In this document: piece by piece, positions 25,464 through 37,110 of the stretch | Position numbering within the stretch: the first letter of the stretch is position 1 | How the letters are laid out: every line of letters starts with the position of its first letter | Source: Pseudovirgaria hyperparasitica | Taxonomy: Eukaryota | Assembly: GCA_010093815.1 (NCBI GenBank) | Contig: ML996577.1 | Reading direction: 5' to 3' (one strand) | DNA length: 64,000 nt | The notes under the pieces: model-generated | What the model saw: only the letters and a program-made list of their open reading frames with translations | What the model was told of the DNA's origin: nothing | The model's database searches: none | Made by a program: the position numbers and the translations under genes

Positions 25464-26948
25464 ATGCCATCCCGCATCGCAGCCCTGCGAGGTATACAAA
25501 CTACGGCTTCGAAGCAAGCACGGTGCCACACCCAGACACTCTCAAGCGCCTCGCACCTCTCTCTCAAGCAACAGATCTCTTCATACCGAACCTCGACCTT
25601 GCACAGCTCGCGATGGAGGCATCCTCATTCATACCAACCCTGCTCGCAGCACCGCAATGCCTCGACCGTTGCATATCCAGCGACCCGCGCAAAAAACACC
25701 ATCTTAGGCACCACGCTCCTCCTCCTCGCTGCCGGCACTCTCATATATACGACCGACACCCGTGCCAGCATTCATAAGTACCTCGTCCCCCGCATCATGC
25801 GCCTGCTCTTCCCGGACGCCGAAGACGCCCATCACGCAGGCATATCCACCATGGCCGCACTCTATGCGGCAGGTCTACACCCACGCGAACGCTCCTCCTC
25901 GTCGCCTGACCTCCGCACAACCGTCTTCGGCACACAACTCGCAAACCCAATAGCCATCTCCGCAGGCCTCGACAAAGACGGCCTAGCAATTGACCCGCTC
26001 TTCGCGCTTGGGCCCAGCATTGTTGAAATCGGAGGCATAACACCACGACCACAAGAAGGCAATCCAAAACCACGCGTCTGGCGCGTCCAAAGTCAAGAAG
26101 GAATGCTGAACCGCTACGGTCTCAACTCTGCAGGCGCAGCTGCCGTCGCACTCACACTTCGCCGCCGCGTTCGCACATTCGCAGATAAACTCGGCTGGGC
26201 CGGCCCGGCCGGGGAACAGGCAGTCCTCAACGGCAACGCAGACGTCCCTCCAGGTTCCCTCCTGCCAGGCCGTCTCCTCGCCGTCCAGATCGCCAAGAAC
26301 AAAGACACTCCCGAATCCGACCAAGCGGCCGTTGCAGCAGACTATGTCTCCTGTGTCCAGCACCTCGGCCCCTACGCAGACATCCTCGTCGTGAACGTCA
26401 GCTCGCCAAACACTCCCGGCCTCCGCAGCCTCCAGGCCGCCGAACCCCTCACACACCTCCTCTCCGCCGTCGTGTCCGCCGCACAAAACGTGTCGCGCAA
26501 GAGCAAGCCGAAAGTCATGGTCAAGGTCAGCCCCGACGAGGCGTCGGAGGACGACATCTCCGGCATCGTCGCCGCAGTACACGCGTCCGGCGTCTCCGGC
26601 GTGATTGTCGCAAACACAACCAAGACGCGGCCTGTGCACGCCCCCTCGCTGCTCACGGCGCAAGAAACCCACGTGTTGACGGAAACTGGCGGGTTTTCTG
26701 GGCCCGCGTTGCTGGAGAGGACGGTGGAGTTGGTTGGGCGGTATAGGAGGGCGCTGGACGAGGGCGCGGAGGGGAAGAGCAAAGTCATTTTTGCGAGTGG
26801 AGGCATATGTAGCGGTGCGGATGTGTTGCGGGTGTTGGAGGCGGGAGCGGCAGTTGGGATGGCGTATACGGCTTTGACGTACCAGGGGGCCGGGTGGGTA
26901 ACGGAGTCGAAAAGACAACTGCAGGAGGCGTTGAATCAAAAGTCATGA
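25464..26948 (+). CDS. URA9: Dihydroorotate dehydrogenase (quinone), class 2, mitochondrial; intronless
   Basis: Presequence + TM, DAEDAHH, SAGLDK, QEGNPKPR, NRYGLNS, VNVSSPNTPGLR, KVSPD, GGFSG, SGGI. Confidence 0.95.
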   Translation: MPSRIAALRGIQTTASKQARCHTQTLSSASHLSLKQQISSYRTSTLHSSRWRHPHSYQPCSQHRNASTVAYPATRAKNTILGTTLLLLAAGTLIYTTDTRASIHKYLVPRIMRLLFPDAEDAHHAGISTMAALYAAGLHPRERSSSSPDLRTTVFGTQLANPIAISAGLDKDGLAIDPLFALGPSIVEIGGITPRPQEGNPKPRVWRVQSQEGMLNRYGLNSAGAAAVALTLRRRVRTFADKLGWAGPAGEQAVLNGNADVPPGSLLPGRLLAVQIAKNKDTPESDQAAVAADYVSCVQHLGPYADILVVNVSSPNTPGLRSLQAAEPLTHLLSAVVSAAQNVSRKSKPKVMVKVSPDEASEDDISGIVAAVHASGVSGVIVANTTKTRPVHAPSLLTAQETHVLTETGGFSGPALLERTVELVGRYRRALDEGAEGKSKVIFASGGICSGADVLRVLEAGAAVGMAYTALTYQGAGWVTESKRQLQEALNQKS

Positions 26949-27498
26949 TCAAAGACTGTGTCATAGTGGCGTTAGATCTAAAATAAAAGCTGTGTAGAGT
27001 CTGTCCTTCAGGGACGTGGGTGGAAAGGTGATAGATCTATCTGCATACTGAAGGGCCGCGTTTGATCTATAAGCGTGTTGGAATAGAACATGCCAATTAC
27101 AATGTATATATAGTTATGGACACTCGATCATCGAGTCTACACACGACACTTTATGCCATGTGTGCAACAACAAGTAGCGATAAGACAAGCTTCAAGGGCA
27201 TCAGGCCTGTTCAAAAAAAAAAAAAACTGCTCCATACATCCAATGGGGGGGAGAAAATTGTTTAACCCGGCCTACACCCATCATCAATCAGTTTTGATTT
27301 TTTAATGAGGCCTATGAACTCCAATAGCGCCGTACCAGCAATACCATGGCGTCTCAATGATCACCAGAAAGAATCAAAATCCATAGATCCGCCCACCGCC
27401 TGATCAATGCAAAAGAGGACCGACCGTGTGTAGAATGAGCTTGATATGATATACAAGAAGTAATGATAATGGTAGTTATAGCGGATGGCTGGGGGAAA

Positions 27499-29431
27499 TC
27501 AGACCACGACCTCACCAAGCACACGTCCTGGGATCTGTTGGTGAGTAGTAGACGCATTATCCAGTAGCGTGGTGAAATATTCGATAACAGTGCGGCGACA
27601 GAGGAATAGAACAAAAAGCGGAATCCAAATGCACCATAGATGCCAGTCCTTGTAGATCGGCTTTCTCTTTTGTTGGTGGACACTTCGCACACGCTGTTGC
27701 TCCTCTTTGGAGAGCGCCTTGCGGCCAATCTTGACTTCCAGGCGAGTCGGAACCGGTTCGACCACGATCGGCGTGGTTGCCGAAGATGAACTTTGAGCAA
27801 CGGAAGTCGGGCTATCGAATATTGAGGCACACTTTCGATCAAGAATTGTTTCAGCTTGGGCCCGCATCGACGACTCTTCCTTCAAATCGTCGAGAGATGC
27901 TTTGGCTTGTTCGGGATATATCTCCTCATACGCTGGAGGCTGAGGCGAAGACGAGAACAGATCACGTAAATGGGATACGCTAAGCATAGCCGACGAGGTC
28001 ACTGTTTTTTCGTCGTCGGATGGTGGTTCAGTTCGGGCCTGCGCACCATGAGGGACAAGTGAACTGATACGACGGACCATCGGATTTGCTTGATAGCCTT
28101 CTAGAGTGGGCATCGGAGGCAGTGCCGGTAGTTGGAAGTGTGGGAACCAATGGACATTTTGCTGTAGCTGCTGAAACGAGGCAGCGATCTGACCAAATGC
28201 TGCAGCTGCGGCTGCTGATGCTGCAAAGCCATGCTGGTCTGGGACCGGCTGTACGACTTGGGTCCGCTCTAGGACGTTGCTATTTCGGCGTGATCCAATC
28301 CAAGCCAATTCTCCAGATCTCGAATTGACCAGCGACAAATCAGCTTCGTCGTCGGCTTCCTCGTTGTCGGAGCTGTCAAAAGTATCCGCTTGTGAATTGA
28401 GACTGTTTTGGCTTGGTGACGCAGTTTCCCATACCGATTTCAGTGAAGTAATGCTGTTTGCTCGACTTCGCGGGACAGCTGCCCCAGCGCTGCGAGTGCG
28501 AGTATGATGCGGGAAGCGCCGAAGAGCAGCCTGAACCTCTGTAGAGCGTGTGAAATCAATAGCGAGGTAGCCTTTGAGGCTTCGTATCATTGGGTCTGCG
28601 CCACGCAGTATCAAGCGCCGTACAAGTTGCGGTTGGTTGTAGAGACTTGCCATCATTAGAGGTGTAAAGCCTCCGTTATCACGAACCTCCGGGTCGGCTC
28701 CACGCGCGAGAAGCGCAGCCACAAAGCGAGTGTAGCCCAAGGCACATCCAAGAGATATCATGGTGGCACCAGTCTTAGTTTGCATATTGTATTGAGGCGG
28801 TTCCGGGTTTTCGTCCAAGTCGAGAATGTCCAAGCAGCGAAGTAGCATATCCTCAGTGACCTTTCTTGACGCGAGCGAGGCCGCAGCACCCTGCATTTGG
28901 CGATAGCCGCCTTGCTGAGGCCCACCCATGAATGAAGGTCCCATTGAGGCATTGCTCTGATCAGCCATGTTGATAAGAAAGCTCTTAAAGTTATCCATAT
29001 TGCCACATCGTTGTGACATAACATCCAGAGCAAGTTGGAAAAGTTGGTTTGATGAGTCGTCTTTGTATGTAAATATTATGTGGGAAGCAGTTGCTTGCGG
29101 AGGCTGATTCGGGGCAAGAATTCTGACAGGTACAGCCCCAGGCATGGCCGCAGGAGGTAACAAGCACACTAAAGTACTCTCTGACCACCATGTAGTGGTT
29201 GTAGCGGCATGGTCTCCAAACATGACCTCGAGATTGCGAGTGAAACCACTGCCCAGACAGGTCACCTCAATGCCTCCTGTCAAAGGGCCTTCCGCTGGTA
29301 ATATCTTTCGAAGAGCGTGGGTATGTCTTGGTGCCTGCGAGATATCCATATTGTTCGGCAAACCTATGAGTGTGGTGTTCATGCTAGAGACAAAGTTGAT
29401 GGGTTGCTGCTGTTGCTGCTGTTGCTGCTGT

Positions 29432-29466
<35 letters not shown>

Positions 29467-31692
29467 TTGCTGATAAGTATTTAAGGGACCTCGTGTAGCC
29501 GAGACCGGACTTCCACTTCGGCTTTGACGTGCAGAATTCGGTACCGAGAAGAAGTGTTGAAGATTATCCCCACTTTGGTTTCGATGCCCTGGTGAGATGA
29601 CTCCATGCATGCCGGGCGTAGCAGGACTATTGTCAATACCAGGTGCTATCGTCATTGGGTTCATGAAAGCAGACTCGGATTGTGGTATGAACGATGAGAC
29701 TGGTGTGAAGCTAGCAGCTGTGGCGCTAGGAGGGCCACTTGTAACAAAATTCGATGAGCCCATACCCTGAATCTGTGTATTGATCTTAGGCGTCATCGTC
29801 AAACTGTTTGGTAGTCGATGATGGTGAGAGCCGCTTCCCTTCCGCCTCTTATTGGCACCTGATTGAGCGGTTGGCGAAGCTTGCCGCGACGCATTACGCG
29901 GTGTCATCGTAGCTGAGGTCGTACCAGATGGCATACCAGAACGAGAACCAATCCCAGGCCCAGGGGCGAAAAATGCAGGTTGCTGTTGTTGATGATGATG
30001 ATGATGTTGTTGTTGGAAACCATTTCGCAGTGCTTGAAGATCGTTAGTAGAGTGATACTGTCGTTCATAAAAGCCTGGGTTGAGGTCCGTTGTTTGGAGC
30101 GGTTGAGGTGGCTGGTGAGTTTTGTGATCGTCGGTGATGAGAATTGGAGACGTGATAGACTGTGCAACCAACTGGTCATCGCTATCTGTCAAAGTGAAGA
30201 TCACTTGGAAGCCCTGCTTTTCGCCCTGATGGCGACAATAACACGCAATTCTCATAGGTACCTCGATCATCAGAGCACCCTCTGGATACTGTAGATGTTC
30301 GTGCGAGCCTTCTTTCGGTTTCGGCGGCTGCCATTCCTTATACTCTTTCTCATTGAACACCACAATTCGTTCGCGTTCAAACTTATTCCATGTTTCCTCG
30401 TCATCTTGTTTCTTAACTCTCTTGCGTGCTGCACGTTTACGCTCTCGCGCGACACAATTCTCACATATCTGGACCTCGCCGCCATTTAGTGGTTTTGCTG
30501 GATCATTTGGATCGTCGTCAGGCACGTTCGCGGATGATGAACGCCTGCTTTGGCTTTCTTCTTTGACTGGAGAACATGCAGCACGCGCAGCCCTTCGCAA
30601 AACCATTTGTTCAACACCTGGCTTTATGAGAGCACTCGCGCACACTACACTTGTATGTAGTTCCAGTGTATCGGGTGCCTTGACCACCTCTTTGGCATAG
30701 TTCTTTGTCTTGGATATCGATTCACGAGGAAGATGGAGTTTTGTGATATGGGGAGGTAGAAGGCATGTTATCAGTCGGACAGAAATCTGTGTTTCCACCC
30801 GCGACTTGGTCTGTAGCGGGCGCGCTATGAATGTTACATTCCGTCGGAACGACGACCTGTCCGAGGAACTTGTCGGTGGAGATGCGATGGAATTGCTAGT
30901 CGAGGGAGAGACGTCCACAAAGTCGCTATGCCATGTGGGATTGATCGACGGAGGAGTATTCGAGGACATGCCCATAGCGAGTCCAGCTGGAGAGCCTTCG
31001 TTGCTCACAGTCATATTGGGAGAATGATCTCGGGAATCTGCTCCTATCAAGAACTGAGACTTCTTTGATGACTGCTGTATATATTAGCACGTATGGAAAT
31101 GAAGTCTGCGTATACATACTGCGGCTTCATGCTGCTTGGGCTGGAAGCTCTTCTCAATCTTTGCTGGTGTGATTGTGTGATTTCCCACCATAGATCCGGA
31201 GTGCCCCGGGCTGTTGCGTGCACTGAAGATGTTTACGTGGTTCATATCGCGTCCAATCGTGTCGACGTCTGTCTCGGTAGACATGATTGGCGATTGATCG
31301 TTGAACAGGGTGTCGCTGGTCACGCCCCAACCGTTGGTCATGTCTACTGGAGAAAATATGGTTGAAGATTTGCGCTTCCGTTTGCCGGACGACTCGGAGG
31401 AGGAGTCTTGGTTTGAGCTGTCGGGTGAAGACGAAGAGACTGCGGATCGGGAATGGAATTGATTTACTTTGGACGAGTTCACCATCGGCCTCGTGTCGTG
31501 GGCCGAGTATCTGAGATCAGTGGGTGATGGTGCAGGAGGTGAAGCAAAACTGTCCAGCATTGCATTTGTGGTGAGAGTTGGATCTTCGTTTATCAAAGCG
31601 TCGTCAAACATAGAAAAGCTTGACTCGTCCCAGACAGGCATTTCCGTGTCAAAAGTTCTCGGACCGTCGAACAGGCTCTCGTTGTGATCCAT
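27499..31692 (-). CDS. SPT23: Membrane-tethered IPT/TIG-ankyrin transcription factor (Spt23/Mga2), 2 exons
   Basis: KSRVETQI, RIACYCRHQ, PILITDDHK, IPT (PAEGPLTGGIEVTCLG), ankyrin (GFTPLMMAS), C-terminal TM; intron 31119-31075. Confidence 0.92.
29404..29472 (-). repeat. CAG/CAA tract encoding 23 Gln in Spt23/Mga2
   Basis: Read directly as mixed CTG/TTG triplets on the + strand. Confidence 0.95.
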
Positions 31693-32269
31693 GGTACGAG
31701 GGGTACGACTCTTATAAAGTACTTTGCTTCTTTACTGCCTGCAGATTAAGATGTTTAGCGAATTAAATTCGCCGCAGACACCAGCCACCGTGTACAAGAA
31801 CGGTTATACAGGGTATATCGCGGATATATGATGCGGAGAAGTAGGCGGACGATCAACAAGGAAGCATGTCGACCGTTGACAATATAATTCCGGAGTTCAC
31901 TTCTAGTATTCCAAGTGTATAGTGATATTGTCGTCGTGGAGGCGGGTAAGAGTTGACGTGCTCGTTAGCGATCAGGTGGGCGACGTGGTTCAAAGAGTGA
32001 AAGCGACGATCGGATGACCAGGAACGACGTAGGTCGCCCTTTGCGGCACAAAAGTCGAGAATTGATGAGGATTAGGCTTTAACGGATGTTGTCGCAGTCG
32101 TCTCTGGGGATGGGAGAGTGGTTGACGCGGGGAAGAGGACCCTGGGGATACGGTGAAGGACGACGTCTCACATACGGGAGGAGGGTTGGCGCAGGATAAT
32201 GTCGATATCCAGGGCAGCGGCCAACCAGTGCCTTAGTGCCTGAGGCATACTGGTAGAACTATTACTACC

Positions 32270-32333
32270 AACTATCACTTTCACTGGCACTTTCATTTTC
32301 ACATCCACTTTTACTTTTACTTTCACCATCACT
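32270..32333. repeat. Degenerate hexamer tandem repeat (ACTTTC-like) in the SPT23/GDPD intergenic region
   Basis: actatc actttc actggc actttc attttc acatcc actttt actttt actttc accatc. Confidence 0.7.
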
Positions 32334-33858
32334 CGAAGTCGTGGCCCTGACTGCAATACCCCTCCATCTCTTCCCTTTTCAGCCTTGACAGATAACGACC
32401 GAAGACTACTGTACCCTTAGCCTCCACGTCCGATCCTGGTCTTCAGTGTCAGGCTTCAACAGCACTAGTCCCCTTCCTCAAGCCATCTAGGTTTCGCCAT
32501 ATCAGTATCATGCACGGCTCCATTGCCTTATAGCGATAGACCCGACACTGGTTATTGCGCCTCCTTGCTACATCATTCCCGATATCTCCCGCCGGGTCCC
32601 TACGCGTCATGCAGGCTACCTTGATCCATCTCCATGCAATGTGCATGGCAGAATCGATTTATCAGAAGCATACCTTTGGACACGTTTTTCAATTCATTGC
32701 CATTGTATTGGCATATCGGGCATATCCTAGCTAGTGCCCAACGGTCGCGTTGCGGCGTCGACTGTATGTGCGCTTTCTGTAGAATATATAATAATCCCCG
32801 TCTAGCCACCTGCGGCTTCTGCCGAGCTTGTCCAAGATCTGTTAATTGGGCCTACATTATATGATGCCTACTCGGCAGTACGAACACCATTGCAATTACA
32901 GAGGTGTGACGCAGGCAGTAGACCTGGGTGAAATAAAAGTATCGTACTGTGGTCGAACGACGTCATATTAATCGTGGAGTCCCAACAGGTCGAGAGAGAT
33001 TCCCAGCCTCATGGATAGAGTACTACACATCAAGGGTCTACTGATATCTAGCTTTTCGACACGAGTGTACCAGTATTTGTTCTCGACGATTGACTCGCAA
33101 CCTCCTAGGACTCAACCTGATCCTTGGAGTCATTATCGTATGAAGTTCTACTGATCATGGATACAGACCAGAGGCATTTGATGTCTACAGAACCCAACGA
33201 CCTATCAAAGAGTCCTACTCGATTGCACTTGCGCGAGTTTTATCACTGCGCTGTACGCTACTGCGAGCCTAATGCACACATCCAGATTGCGCAATGCGCA
33301 ACCGCCACCCTTCCGAACATCGGGACGAGCCTCGTGCATCAACCTGACAAACCAGGAGTCGAGGACACGACTCTGGCTAGCCACGATGGATTGTGTCGCA
33401 TTGTGGTCAGTCCGGAACTTGCTCTCACACAAGTTACCAGACTGAACGAGCCTATTCATCAGGACGTTGTACATCGAGCATAGAAAAGTTTCTACAGGTG
33501 ACTAATGGCTGTATACGGTGACATAGAAAGGGCAAGCTAATCATATCAACACATGTTGTCCATTTCTAAAGAATCTCATTGGTCAGAGATTGCTGAGTAA
33601 ATATGGAATACAACCAGGGTCCCGCTCTATTTCTGCGACTGCCGCATTTTGCTACCCTGCAACCACTTGCATCATCTATCCTCTGAACTTTCAAATGACC
33701 CGTCCAAGACCTCACAATGTAACGACTGCAGTAAACACGTAAATAAACGCAAACTTGAGAGCGACTTGAGTTTGCACACTCTGGAACTTCTTGAGCCAAG
33801 ATCTACCGATCTTTCGCATCGGTAGTGGTCCTAGACATCGCTGCATAGTCGAACCACC

Positions 33859-36071
33859 ATGCTGGGCGATCTCTACAGTGCCATAGATGCTGGGCATCTA
33901 ACACACGTCAGGGAAGCTCTGCACGACCAGTCAACCTGGACACTTCTGAATACGACGCGAGACAAAGATGGCTATACTCCGCTGATATTAGCCTGCAAGA
34001 ATGGAAACTCACGTATCGTTGACCTCGTCCTGGAGAGCGGTGCGAAGCAAGATGTTCTGGATCACGCCGGCTGGACGGCGCGCGAACATGCTGCCTTTCA
34101 AGGCCACCTTGAGGTTGCACGCCAGATGAAGAGTCTCGAAAAGGATAACTTCATGGCGGGACCAGCCAAGCCTACTGCTACCGAACAATACCGTAAATTC
34201 GCATTCGACCGAGACGATGCCCATATCGTATTAAACATTGGCATCACTCAGGTTAGCAAGGTCCAGCCAGTAATTGATCTAGCAGGTATCGACACAGAAA
34301 AAGATACAGCAGTTACGCTTGATATCTGTACCAATGAGAACCCCGAGGAGAAGTACCATGTCAAGCTCCCGTTGACTGGTGATCTTGTTGATAACACAAT
34401 GATCTTTCCTGTCTCGAACTTGGCCAAGGCACGGCTCGTGTTTCGGATATTTCAAGATAGCCACAGTTTGGCGAAGGAAAGGCGATTGATTGGTTGTGGG
34501 ACGGCACTGTTGTCTGACAAGGAGAATTGTTACGGTGTCAATAGGGAGAGCCTTGTTCGGGAACACATTGTGCCAATCATGAACACTTCAACATTTGAAT
34601 GCATGGGCACCATCACTGTGACTTTCGTACTCGCGAAGCCGTACCCTCATCTGAAGTCACGACAATGGGATATCGTCCAGGCGCTCGAACCGCCACGACT
34701 TGTTGGCCATAGAGGTCTGTGATACACACAAATAACTTCAAAACTGGGCACTGATCACCCATAAGGCTTAGGGATGAATGATAACGGCATGGACCGTTTG
34801 CAGATTGGTGAGAATACTGTGCAGGTAATTGTAAGGAATGACAAATATGGAGTTGTGCTAATGACCTCCAGTCATTTATTTCTGCCGCGAAGCAAGGCGC
34901 TACGTTCGTTGAGGTGAGCATCCCGAAGCACGATCGCACCGGACAAACTAACACTTGTTGACCTACTCAGTTTGGTAATGCAACGCAATGGGAGTAATCG
35001 TCGGTTGCCTCGATACTGACACTGTCTGTAGATGTACAAGTGACGAGAGATCTGGTACCAATCCTGATGCACAATTATGCACTCAGTGAATCCGGCACAG
35101 ATATTCCTGTTCATGAGCTCACCTTAGACCAAGTAGGTCAATTCGACGAAAGAGATTATGGGAATACTGAACGACACGTAGTTCATGCATATTAGCAAGC
35201 AGCAATCACTAGTAGGTGACTGCGTTCGGTCTGCACGCGATGTCGATAAGTTGCAGAACTATTCGCGCCGCGCTCGCTCAGAAAGCCGAACCCTGTCGGA
35301 AGACACCAGTGATGTCCAAAGGCGCATGGAATTCACTGTAGAATACATGCACAAAGGCTTTAAAGCGAATACTCGAGGCAGGTTTATTCAAGATACCTTT
35401 GCAACACTGGAACAGGCTATGCATGACGTACCTAAAGAAGTCGCATTCAACATCGAGATTAGTCTGTGTCCTCATAGATAGACAATACGACAAGCTTACT
35501 CAAGTTAGAATATCCGCGGCGTTTTGAGACCTTAGTACTGGATCTTGCCCCTGTCGTCCTCGAACTGAATACCTTCGTCGATGCAATCCTAGACGTGATA
35601 AACACATCTATAAAGAACAAGAACCGAAAGATCATCCTTTCATCTTTCACTCCAGACGTCTGCATCTTGCTCTCTCTAAAGCAGAAAGCATTTCCCATTT
35701 TCCTTATCAGTAATGTCAGACAGCCGATGGACGACAAAGAGTCTAGGTGCGCCAACATGCGCGTCGCTGTGAAGTTTGCTCAATGCTGGGGGTTGCAAGG
35801 AGTTGTATTTTTGGGAGAAATCTTCCTGCTGTGCCCGAGGCTCGTACACTGGATCAAGAATCGAGGGTTGATCGTTGGGAGCTATGGGTCGCAAAACAAT
35901 GACCCCGCGAATGTTAAAGTAAGATCCAGGACCTCACGTAGAAGTTGGCTGACGGATATACTACAGGCGCAGTTGAAGGCGGGCGTGGATCTCATCTACA
36001 CAGACCGTGTCGGGCTGAATGCAAAGGTATTGAGGGAAGAGTTTGGTATGGGCCAGCAGACCAAGATCTAA
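33859..36071 (+). CDS. Ankyrin + glycerophosphodiester phosphodiesterase (Gde1-like, no SPX domain seen), multi-exon
   Basis: Ankyrin GYTPLILAC/GWTAREHAA; spliced GHRGLGMN, QIGENTVQSF, VEFDVQVTRD, KGFKANTRG, FNIEIKYP, SSFTPD, YGSQNND, DLIYTD. Confidence 0.85.
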
Positions 36072-37110
36072 TCTCTATCCTATTCGATCCCTGGTCGGCA
36101 TCTAAGCAAGATGGCAATTGTCGAAACCTGCACCAATGAAGGAAACACCAACATAGAGATAGTCTCTTTTTGTCTCGCCAACTAATATAGTTGGGGTCTC
36201 ACTGTTTAAAAGAACGAGGGGCCTAATGGCGTCAGGCAGCAGACACAGCCGGATATGAGTTCACCTCAGGCACCAAGGCTGTTTTGTCCTATCTATTAAT
36301 TTGAATGCAAGTCTCGTCTCTTCCATTAAATATCATTACGTACCAATCCGGTCTTTATTCTTAGAGCACCGTTACATTTCGTGCAGGACAAATACGCATT
36401 TTCCTCAGGATCTCGCCAAGTCTAGAACCGTTCGAGGTCAAAGTGGCTGGCTTGCCCAGAGCAATCCGTATCCATGGATCGATTAGTCCGGCTAGCGACC
36501 AGGGCTACCAGGCTAGAACACCGATGGACCTCACGATCGGAGAAGACACCGAAGTTAGTGTGTGTGTCACGTATCAGTAATGAAGATATGCACAACTCCT
36601 ACAGCCGGAATCGTTGAGACGGGTTGGCCTGTGGTCTGAATCTCCAAAGTCTTACGGACGGTGTGCGTGGACCGATTTCCAATATCCGCTCGCAATGCGA
36701 ACGGCCAGATGCCAACGCGGACCACAGTTTCAGACGAGTATTCCTCGGCTGGATCGTATGCTTTTGGGCTTTGCGTCGCGCAATAAATCTGAGGGCTGCC
36801 TGTCAGCCAGTAAGAGCTCGGGAGAATTGGTGGCTTATGCAGGCTGAATGGAATCCGCAAATTTATGCAACTAGACTCAGCTGCGCACCGTATGATTCTC
36901 AAAATATACGAGGAAGGCTGGCACTCATTTCCAATTCTGAACGACCTATCGGCTATGCTTCGTGTCGTGGGTTACGATGCAAGGCTGAGCATGGTAGCCG
37001 CACTGATATATATGGACACTCGTAGACAAGCTCTTGATGCCTGCGTCGATTTTTCCCTTATCAGAAACCCGAGAAATAAGGTTTTCTAGAACCGCCCTCG
37101 CGCATCCGCA

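Noticed and set aside
25983..26939. 318-aa - strand ORF
   Set aside because: Antisense to GC-rich DHODH; stop-codon scarcity explains it.
29144..29473. ORF ending in poly-Cys
   Set aside because: Antisense reading of the poly-Gln tract.
36300..37089. Short overlapping ORFs between the GDPD and membrane-protein genes
   Set aside because: No coherent gene model or convincing motif.
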